Origin: a virus
UHGV virus genome: UHGV-0180488
Direction: 5' to 3' (one strand)
Length of the DNA stretch: 10,275 nt
A model generated the notes under the pieces. The model had not been told where the DNA came from, did no database searches, and saw nothing but the letters and a program-made list of their open reading frames with translations. Positions 1 through 5,633 of this stretch are shown here, piece by piece. A program made the translations under genes and the position numbers. Position 1 is the stretch's first letter. Every line of letters starts with the position of its first letter.

Positions 1-173
1 ATGCCAATAAGCGTACCGCGCTAAACAGTGCGCTGCTATTTCTACGCCGTAACGGTATACAGGTATATGATTCTCCCGTGCTGGTGGAACTTGCGGTGGG
101 GGCCGCAACTGGTGAAATCCCCGTATCTTCAGTAGCGGAAAAACTACGTGAATTATTTGGTTCCAATATTTGA
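1..173 (+). CDS. doc: Doc toxin (Fic-fold kinase of the phd-doc addiction module), 3' end only; 5' part lies outside the window
   Basis: Frame beginning at nt 3 translates to ...ANKRTALNSALLFLRRNGIQVYDSPVLVELAVGAATGEIPVSSVAEKLRELFGSNI and stops at TGA 171-173. This matches my recollection of the C-terminal half of phage P1 Doc almost residue for residue, including the NKR end of the Fic/Doc motif. Not in the supplied ORF track because it has no start codon in the window. Confidence 0.75.
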   Translation, partial: ANKRTALNSALLFLRRNGIQVYDSPVLVELAVGAATGEIPVSSVAEKLRELFGSNI

Positions 174-176
174 AAA

Positions 177-202
177 GAAGCCCGCTCAACCAGGCGGGCT
201 TC
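177..202 (-). terminator. Intrinsic terminator hairpin closing the minus-strand accessory operon (may also serve doc)
   Basis: Perfect 9-bp stem GAAGCCCGC (177-185) / GCGGGCTTC (194-202) with an 8-nt loop. On the minus strand the stem is followed directly by TTTTCAA. It lies 55 nt downstream of the 268-aa ORF stop and 4 nt after the doc stop. Confidence 0.55.
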
Positions 203-256
203 CTACTATCACTCAATGATTTTTTCTGCTGTCAGCCAGCTAATTCGGTGATGTTT

Positions 257-1063
257 TTAGGCGTCAGCATCAGCATCCTCCGCTACCTCTGCTTCCACAT
301 CAGCCACGGCTTCATCGGACGGTTCTTCTTTGGCCTGATCTGCAATCGCCGCACGGCATTTCGCCCTGGCTGTAGCGATTGCTTCAGCTCGCACATCATC
401 AGGAATCGTTGACGTGATATACATATCCAGTTCTTCGGCGCGGAACACTGTTTGGTCCAGATATTCGCGTAGCATCCAGGTAAATTCGAAATCACACGCG
501 ATAATCTCTGCGCTACCTTCCGCACCATTAGGGAAGTGGATAAACGCTTGTTTGGCTAAACCAATAACACGACATGCGGTTGCCAAAACAGCGACAACCA
601 GGTTTACATTTTCACACGCTACGGGCTGATTAACGCCGGAGATTACTCCATTTAACTGTCGGTTATATGGAAGGTAGTTTGAGATGCGTTCTACGCGCCA
701 TGTGCCAGTCAGGCTGCCATTTCTAAAGATGATTGGGGTAACGGACAGCCCAAGCTCGCGGATAAGTCGTTGCGCTATAGCATGATCATTAAACAGGTCC
801 AATGCTACACATTCGAAAGACTGTGCAAGGGTAAACAGTTCTTCCAGAGAGTAGTCTTTTCCTCTGGCTGTAATATGACGACGAGCGCCGTTATCTGCAT
901 CGCTCCATATAGCTACGCCATGCTCTTCATTCAGTTCTTCATTAAAGCCGAGATACGTCATGATAGTGCGTTCAATCGTGTCAAACGGCAGTGACATGTC
1001 GGCGTTAACAGCCACCAGCAGGCCATTACGCAAGCGGTATTGAATTGCTTTAGTATTTTCCAC
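257..1063 (-). CDS. Hypothetical protein, 268 aa, with a poly-acidic C-terminal tail
   Basis: Long ORF with a GTG start preceded by GGTGGAG 9 nt upstream; its start is 6 nt after the stop of the upstream gene. C-terminus EEPSDEAVADVEAEVAEDADADA. I recognise no catalytic motif. Confidence 0.7.
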   Translation of the reverse strand: MENTKAIQYRLRNGLLVAVNADMSLPFDTIERTIMTYLGFNEELNEEHGVAIWSDADNGARRHITARGKDYSLEELFTLAQSFECVALDLFNDHAIAQRLIRELGLSVTPIIFRNGSLTGTWRVERISNYLPYNRQLNGVISGVNQPVACENVNLVVAVLATACRVIGLAKQAFIHFPNGAEGSAEIIACDFEFTWMLREYLDQTVFRAEELDMYITSTIPDDVRAEAIATARAKCRAAIADQAKEEPSDEAVADVEAEVAEDADADA

Positions 1064-1069
1064 GTTAAA

Positions 1070-1738
1070 TCACTCCACCACAAACCAGTCACATGCCAGT
1101 AAGTCGCCTACAGAAGGAACCCACGGAACAACTACACCTTGTGCATTTTTTAAGGCGAAATAAGCACCATACGGAACGAGGTCGCCGGGGAAATATCCCT
1201 TAATGGCTTCCATTCGTGCCGGGTACTGTCCTTCAGGAACCAGCCAGCAGAATTGGTTTTCGCCGTTCCACCCGCGCCGGGCAACTTTCTTGCCATCCTT
1301 CAGCCACATCAGCGCGTCAGAAAAGTCGGCTGCTTCAAGGTCGATTTCTTCTTGTTTGGTAATGATGCCACCGGCAGCAATAGTTACGTCCCTGGCTGTA
1401 ATGAATGTCACACCATTGTGATCAATGCTGAGCGATACCCCATTTTCGAAGAAGTCGTTAGTCCGACTAAAGCCTTCTTCAAATGTTTTTTCTGGTGAAT
1501 AGGACAGACAACCATCTTGATCAACGAGCAGATACCCGCCAATCTCTGGTCTGTATTTTTGTAGAAACATTGCATCAACACGAACCGTTACGCCTTTTGG
1601 CTCAGTGACTGTGATATCACCCCAAAGAGTAAATGTGCCAATCAGATTGATCTTTTTGATTTTCGATGCGCGAATGATTCCGTGGTGTTTGTACTTAGGG
1701 AGCGTCTTTAAAAGCTCTTTCGTTGCTATGTTGTCCAT
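1070..1738 (-). CDS. Hypothetical two-domain protein, 222 aa: unknown N-terminal domain fused to a C-terminal DUF2829 (Tad2-like) domain
   Basis: ATG at 1738-1736 preceded by GGGGAAAG. The C-terminal ~84 aa (approx. nt 1070-1324), FSDALMWLKDGKKVARRGWNG...VVPWVPSVGDLLACDWFVVE, fits the DUF2829 pattern as I recall it (G-K-K-V-x-R-x-G-W-N-G near the start, P-W-x-P-S-x-x-D-L-L-A-x-D-W at the end). The N-terminal ~138 aa has no motif I recognise. Confidence 0.8.
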   Translation of the reverse strand: MDNIATKELLKTLPKYKHHGIIRASKIKKINLIGTFTLWGDITVTEPKGVTVRVDAMFLQKYRPEIGGYLLVDQDGCLSYSPEKTFEEGFSRTNDFFENGVSLSIDHNGVTFITARDVTIAAGGIITKQEEIDLEAADFSDALMWLKDGKKVARRGWNGENQFCWLVPEGQYPARMEAIKGYFPGDLVPYGAYFALKNAQGVVVPWVPSVGDLLACDWFVVE

Positions 1739-1800
1739 AGTCTTTCCCCTGCTTAAAACTTTTCGTACTTATGCGGTTGGCGCTTGATTTCAAAGTGGTC

Positions 1801-2247
1801 TTACGATGTGCTACCAAAGCCACCAGCACCACGTTCCGTTTCGTTGAGTTCTTCAGCCTCGACTAGTGAGACTTGTTCAACACGCTCAAAAATGCCTTGC
1901 ATGACAGCCATTCCAGGCTTGAGACAAACGCCTTCCCCGCCGGGATCAGTAATTAGTTTTGCCATGATTTCGCCGCGATAATCGGAGTCGATAATTCCTA
2001 CGCAGTTAGCCAGGCGAGTATGTTTTTTGCAGCCCAATCCGGATCGCGGATAGAGTTTCAGACACCAGCCGGGCGGGATCTCCATAGCCAGTCCGGTATA
2101 CACCCACCAGCTTGAGGAAATTGCACCATTGCTATCGACGCATGGTGTTATTTCAACAGCCTCAAAATCCATTGCTGCCGATCCTGCGGTGGCATAGAAC
2201 GGCAGTTTTGCACCAGGATGCAGGCGCTTCACTTTTACGTTAATCAT
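1801..2247 (-). CDS. dut: dUTP diphosphatase (trimeric dUTPase), 148 aa
   Basis: From the internal ATG at 2247-2245: MINVKVKRLHPGAKLPFYATAGSAAMDF...LYPRSGLGCKK...GIIDSDYRGEI...RGAGGFGSTS, which carries the conserved dUTPase motifs (RSG, G-x-ID-x-DYRGE, C-terminal R-G-x-GGFGS). The 249-aa track ORF 1801..2550 is an upstream extension that overlaps the preceding gene. Start is 2 nt after the stop of the 163-aa ORF. Confidence 0.9.
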   Translation of the reverse strand: MINVKVKRLHPGAKLPFYATAGSAAMDFEAVEITPCVDSNGAISSSWWVYTGLAMEIPPGWCLKLYPRSGLGCKKHTRLANCVGIIDSDYRGEIMAKLITDPGGEGVCLKPGMAVMQGIFERVEQVSLVEAEELNETERGAGGFGSTS

Positions 2248-2731
2248 GCTTCTTTGCTCTTTTGGTGAAGGTGTAAATTCGACGTTTAATATGCGGGGCA
2301 GTCGGTACGGATACGTTTGTGGATTCGATAATGCCTTGCTCTTCAAGAGAGCGAACGGCACGCAGGAACTGAGACGCATCGCCGCCACCGGACAGCCAGA
2401 ATTTACGGGCGTAAATGCTGCCGTTACGGATAATTTCAGCAACGACACGAGACTGGGTTTGTGTTTCACGATAGGCAAACAGTTGCCGGGCTTCTTCCGG
2501 CGTAATAGCCAGTTGATAGCCTTTCCCCTTATGGGCGCGAAGAAAACCAAACGACACCAGGTGTTTTAGTTCCCTGCGCGTAGTCTCATAACCGTATTCC
2601 TGTATCTGGAGATTGAGATCGGCGGGCTTTAGCCATGCTTCCGGCGACTCAGTAAGAAGCACCAGCAACTTACCGGATAGCTCAGGGGAGGAAGACGGGT
2701 AACAGTTAAGAGATGGGTAATAGTGTTTCAT
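2240..2731 (-). CDS. Hypothetical protein, 163 aa, probably two winged-helix-like DNA-binding modules
   Basis: ATG at 2731-2729 with AAGGGGG 6 nt upstream, overlapping the stop of the upstream 114-aa ORF (ATGA). The pattern of hydrophobic helices followed by G-K-G-Y and basic stretches (FGFLRAHKGKGYQL; IYARKFWLSGGG) suggests wHTH folds. This is inference, not a motif match. Confidence 0.7.
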   Translation of the reverse strand: MKHYYPSLNCYPSSSPELSGKLLVLLTESPEAWLKPADLNLQIQEYGYETTRRELKHLVSFGFLRAHKGKGYQLAITPEEARQLFAYRETQTQSRVVAEIIRNGSIYARKFWLSGGGDASQFLRAVRSLEEQGIIESTNVSVPTAPHIKRRIYTFTKRAKKHD

Positions 2732-3072
2732 TTGCGCCCCCTTACTGGATAATGAGAGCGGGCATCAACCGGAGCAATGAATCCGGTTGTAGGGCGGGAA
2801 AATACGAGATCAATCTTCTCGGTCATGGCGCGATAGTTTTCCTGATAGTGGGCCAGGAGTTTTTCAGCAGCAATGACGGTTACTCGCCGGACGTAGCTTT
2901 CAGCTTCGCCCAGGTTTGACCATTTCTTTTCGAGGGTAAGTACAGGTACGGTCTCAAGCCCTGTCATGATTCCAAACACCACGACAGCCTCGCCGCGCTT
3001 AACGCCAGCAGCAAAGGTTACGGTGTAACCGTCAACCGTGAAACGCCTTGATTCCGTGATACGACTCTGCAA
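2728..3072 (-). CDS. Hypothetical protein, 114 aa if the TTG start is used; first gene of the accessory operon
   Basis: ORF in the gap between dre and the 163-aa gene. The only plausible start is TTG at 3072-3070, preceded by CTGGGGG; an internal ATG at residue 36 would give 79 aa. Its stop overlaps the next gene's start. Confidence 0.5.
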   Translation of the reverse strand: MQSRITESRRFTVDGYTVTFAAGVKRGEAVVVFGIMTGLETVPVLTLEKKWSNLGEAESYVRRVTVIAAEKLLAHYQENYRAMTEKIDLVFSRPTTGFIAPVDARSHYPVRGRK

Positions 3073-3128
3073 AGTACCCCCAGAAAAAACAGGCGTACTT
3101 TACAGTAAAATGCAGTGTTAAAAAAGGG

Positions 3129-3138
3129 TGTTAGAAAT
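3129..3138 (-). promoter_or_regulatory. Operator-like motif TGTTAGAAAT between the dre stop and the accessory operon
   Basis: One of five copies of the 8-mer GTTAGAAA in the window, all intergenic. It sits in the 72-bp gap upstream of the 114-aa ORF, beside a TTAACA hexamer. Confidence 0.3.
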
Positions 3139-3144
3139 TTAATC

Positions 3145-4173
3145 TCATGAATCCATGAGGCGGCTATTGGCACCTGCTGTCACACCGCCACGACGAAGAT
3201 AACGCATCAGTGTTTCGGGCTTCTTCCATGTACCTTCCTGCATAATTTCAACCAAAGACACCTGTTTTTCAGCCATATCTATGGCGGCACCAACACGCGC
3301 ACTGTGGCCTGTCCACGTCCGGTAACGGCCTTTATTGGGGGTGGCATCACTCTTACCCAGCAGCGCCCAGGCGTCACTGAAAATCTTCTCCATCGCGGGC
3401 ACGGTTAATGGCGTGGTGGTGATCCGCGCTTTGTTGCTCCGGTGTACTGGCGGGAAAAGTATCGCATCCGGGTGCTCACGTAGTCCGGACGCGTCCAGCC
3501 AGTCATTGAGAACCGCAGTTGTCCAGCGGGAGAGCACCTTATCAAGTCCGGCGGCGGTCGTGATGGTTTTGGTGTGGGATACGTGAAGCGTTACAGTGTC
3601 ACCAGTCTGTTCCAGATCGCGAACACGCACGCGGGACATTTCAGCCATACGCAACAGGGTATTGTAGGCCAGGAACAGAAAAGCCCGGTTGCGCAGATCC
3701 ACCAGCCTGTCAGAGCGGGAGAGCAGCACGTCGAGCAGTTTCAGGTCATCCCAGCGCAGGGGCACTGCCTGGCCTGTGCGTTCGCCTTTTTCGGTTGCAG
3801 CTTCGCGCCGGATGCGCCGCATCGCCAGGGATACGCTTTTGTCATCAGAGAGTTGCGGCAGTCCGCATTGTGACAACAGCATATTGAGCATGGCGTAATG
3901 CTTTTCAATGGTGGTTGAAGCCAGATCCGCATCATGCAGTTGAAGCAGGTATTCGCGGGCAGCTTCCGGGGAGATCGGAAACCACGCAAGACCACGAGCG
4001 TGGCACCATCGCGCCCAGGAGTGAAAGACCAGGCGCAGATCGCGCAGTGTATTAGGTGAGTAAGCACCCTGGTCATTAAGGAACTGCATGAAATTTTTGG
4101 CGGCTTCCTGGTACTCAGCACCAATATCACGAAGAAACATGCCAGGATTACCGGAGATAATAAGTTTACTCAT
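3145..4173 (-). CDS. dre: Cre-family tyrosine site-specific recombinase, Dre-like, 342 aa
   Basis: The translation aligns along its length with P1 Cre as I recall it (e.g. AYNTLLRMAE vs AYNTLLRIAE; GHSARVGAAIDMAEKQVSLVEIMQEGTWKKPETLMRYLR vs GHSARVGAARDMARAGVSIPEIMQAGGWTNVNIVMNYIR, with the catalytic Tyr context conserved), at roughly 40-45% identity by eye. A rox-like site rather than loxP lies 153 bp upstream, which is why I call it Dre (the Cre homologue of phage D6). ATG at 4173-4171 with AGAGGTGA upstream. Confidence 0.92.
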   Translation of the reverse strand: MSKLIISGNPGMFLRDIGAEYQEAAKNFMQFLNDQGAYSPNTLRDLRLVFHSWARWCHARGLAWFPISPEAAREYLLQLHDADLASTTIEKHYAMLNMLLSQCGLPQLSDDKSVSLAMRRIRREAATEKGERTGQAVPLRWDDLKLLDVLLSRSDRLVDLRNRAFLFLAYNTLLRMAEMSRVRVRDLEQTGDTVTLHVSHTKTITTAAGLDKVLSRWTTAVLNDWLDASGLREHPDAILFPPVHRSNKARITTTPLTVPAMEKIFSDAWALLGKSDATPNKGRYRTWTGHSARVGAAIDMAEKQVSLVEIMQEGTWKKPETLMRYLRRGGVTAGANSRLMDS

Positions 4174-4316
4174 GTAATCATTTCACCTCTATAAATTGGT
4201 GTCGCTACGCGAAAAAACAAAAAATGACAGGCTAGTTATCCGTGAGAATTTAAAATTTAAGCCCTTGATTCGAACCATGACTTTTTGAGTCTGTCAATAC
4301 TGATCGTTTGATCATT

Positions 4317-4344
4317 ATTATATACTAACTTTAAATAATGCCAA
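4317..4344 (-). promoter_or_regulatory. Putative sigma70 promoter for dre, with its -35 inside the rox-like site
   Basis: On the minus strand: -35 TTGGCA (4344-4339), 16-bp spacer, -10 TATAAT (4322-4317). Predicted start near 4310, inside the GATC pair at 4302-4305 and 4310-4313. Sequence-only prediction. Confidence 0.35.
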
Positions 4345-4357
4345 TTATCTAAAGTTA
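4326..4357. other. rox-like recombination target site for the Dre-like recombinase
   Basis: TAACTTTAAATAAT (4326-4339), spacer GCCA (4340-4343), ATTATCTAAAGTTA (4344-4357). This is the rox site as I remember it (TAACTTTAAATAATGCCAATTATTTAAAGTTA) with one difference, C instead of T at 4349, which makes the arms imperfectly symmetric. Flanking C (4325) and G (4358) extend the palindrome. Confidence 0.85.
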
Positions 4358-4509
4358 GAAAGGGAGAAAATTTTTTTGAAAAAAAGGATCAAGTGATCAA
4401 AAAAGAAACCGTGCTATTAGTGGTAGTTAGACGCTTAAACCCAGGATTTTGAAGAAGGTTTTCTAAGAAGAACAATAAAAAATTCCATGTTGATCCTTTA
4501 CTCATCGTG

Positions 4510-4537
4510 TTGTACCGCTTAAATTTGAGTACATAAT
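4510..4537 (+). promoter_or_regulatory. Putative sigma70 promoter for the c1-like gene
   Basis: -35 TTGTAC (4510-4515), 16-bp spacer, -10 CATAAT (4532-4537). Predicted start around 4544-4546, about 25 nt before the ATG at 4570. Sequence-only prediction. Confidence 0.3.
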
Positions 4538-4541
4538 TTTA

Positions 4542-4551
4542 TGTTAGAAAA
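4542..4551 (+). promoter_or_regulatory. Operator-like motif TGTTAGAAAA over the predicted c1 transcription start
   Basis: Copy of the GTTAGAAA 8-mer lying 19-27 nt upstream of the c1-like ATG and just downstream of the predicted -10, a position typical of an autoregulatory operator. Confidence 0.35.
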
Positions 4552-4569
4552 CTAATTCGAGTAGGAAGG

Positions 4570-5607
4570 ATGAATAAAAGAACAATCGAGAAAGAGTACA
4601 AACAGTTCCGGTCTGTTGCTGAACGTTGGAAGGAGCTGGTGGTATCAAACTCAGTGTTCCATGACACCAGTTATAACGGAGAGGAATTCCGTCATGTTGC
4701 TTTGACACATGATCCAGACGTCTTGAAAGAAGCCGAAGAATGCCTGGTCGCCTGGAAAGCATTTGTGGACGTATGCCGCAATGCTGGTGGGAAAAAGCTG
4801 AATATCGTTGAGACAGTATATCTTCCGATCCCATTCATCATTGAGGACACGAATCAAAGTACACACATTGTCGTATCTACAGCTTCGACTACCAGAACGT
4901 TCACTCGCGAGAGTTTGCTGAAAAAGTACGATAATGTCATTAAGAAAAGTAAAAAAAGCCCTATCTTTTCTCAGGTCGTAGATGCCCTTGAAAAAGAAAG
5001 ACATTTCTTTGCAATGGAGCCGGAAGGCGAACTCTATCGCGCACGAAAAGATGACTATACCGATGTGGTGCTGACCTCTGATCTCACATCTGACAACACC
5101 CTGTCTCGCTTAAGAGTGGGTGCGCACGGGGCGCTGGTGTTCTCACGCAATAAAGAATTGAAGATCCCTGTGGTTAATAACGTAGATGAACGCCGTAGTA
5201 TTACCGTTTATTCCGGTGTGAAGCCTATCCCTTGTGGCCCGCTGGGCGATTTTAGTCTGTATCGTGTGAACGACATCACCAGGAGTCAGCCAAGCTATGT
5301 GGCTAAGGCCTATATTCTGCGTAGCATTGAGTCCAGAAACCTGAGTTTTAACAACAAAAGCCAGGCGCTTCTGAACTCTACGCCGCCTGAGATCCTCCAG
5401 GTCATTGAAAGAAAGGTGAACGCGGCGAGAGAGGCGCTTATCCGCCTGGAAAAAATGGACATGGAGTTGATTGATGTCATGATGGCATCAGGCGATGACC
5501 TGACAGGTATCCGGCTGACCGATGCACGCAAGAAATACGGCAAAGAAATTGAGGAACGATACGGATACACGTTCAATCAAACAATGTCAGCAACAAAACT
5601 TCGTTAA
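4570..5607 (+). CDS. c1: C1-like phage repressor of lysogeny, 345 aa
   Basis: Position matches the P1/D6 layout (convergent with pacB, divergent from the lox/rox-recombinase unit). Local matches to P1 C1 as I recall it: LNIVETVYLPIPFII vs LNIPKTILYPVPNIL, VNNVDERRSITVYSGVKPI vs INGEFEKAKFSLYDSIEPI, SLYRVNDI vs KIYRLADI. Overall identity is low (perhaps ~30%) and the protein is about 60 aa longer than P1 C1. Confidence 0.7.
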   Translation: MNKRTIEKEYKQFRSVAERWKELVVSNSVFHDTSYNGEEFRHVALTHDPDVLKEAEECLVAWKAFVDVCRNAGGKKLNIVETVYLPIPFIIEDTNQSTHIVVSTASTTRTFTRESLLKKYDNVIKKSKKSPIFSQVVDALEKERHFFAMEPEGELYRARKDDYTDVVLTSDLTSDNTLSRLRVGAHGALVFSRNKELKIPVVNNVDERRSITVYSGVKPIPCGPLGDFSLYRVNDITRSQPSYVAKAYILRSIESRNLSFNNKSQALLNSTPPEILQVIERKVNAAREALIRLEKMDMELIDVMMASGDDLTGIRLTDARKKYGKEIEERYGYTFNQTMSATKLR

Positions 5608-5613
5608 TCCACC

Positions 5614-5633
5614 AGCCCCGCAAAAGCGGGGCT
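5614..5633. terminator. Hairpin between the convergent c1-like and pacB-like genes
   Basis: 8-bp stem AGCCCCGC (5614-5621) / GCGGGGCT (5626-5633) with an AAAA loop, followed on the plus strand by TTAAATAT. It sits in the 26-bp gap between the c1 stop (5605-5607) and the pacB stop (5634-5636). The U-tract is weak on both strands. Confidence 0.5.

Noticed and set aside
257-1063. 268-aa protein as a 2H phosphoesterase (Acb1-like) or macro-domain signal-degrading enzyme
   Set aside because: Only one H-x-T triad (HIT) is present rather than the two required, and there is no GGG-type macro-domain motif.
170-1498. Plus-strand track ORFs at 170-412, 414-629, 770-994, 1203-1421 and 1253-1498
   Set aside because: All are antisense to, and nested within, the longer minus-strand genes, with no ribosome-binding site or recognisable motif. 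Treated as antisense artefacts.
1801-2550. The 249-aa track ORF as the full dUTPase gene
   Set aside because: Its first 101 codons overlap the 163-aa gene in another frame and have no dUTPase similarity. The conserved protein begins at the internal ATG at 2247.
3335-4130. ORFs nested in the recombinase gene (3335-3586, 3574-3873, 3689-3898 on plus; 3741-4130 on minus)
   Set aside because: They overlap a gene with strong full-length Cre-family homology, and their translations are low-complexity or Cys/Arg-rich, typical of off-frame reads.
4292-4297. Perfect TTGACA -35 hexamer on the minus strand as the main dre promoter
   Set aside because: No acceptable -10 lies 16-18 bp downstream (TTCGAA or TCGAAT). 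The TTGGCA/TATAAT pair overlapping rox is a better candidate, though this element could be a secondary promoter.
4174-4569. Exact P1 C1 operator (ATTGCTCTAATAAATTT) or loxP (ATAACTTCGTATA arms) in the control region
   Set aside because: Neither is present. The site is rox-like, and the recurring motif is GTTAGAAA, which shares only a short core with the P1 operator.
4544-5004. Minus-strand ORFs 4544-4834 and 4651-5004 overlapping the c1-like gene
   Set aside because: Antisense to the c1-like gene, which has clear homology. They would have to start inside the c1 coding sequence and end in its promoter.
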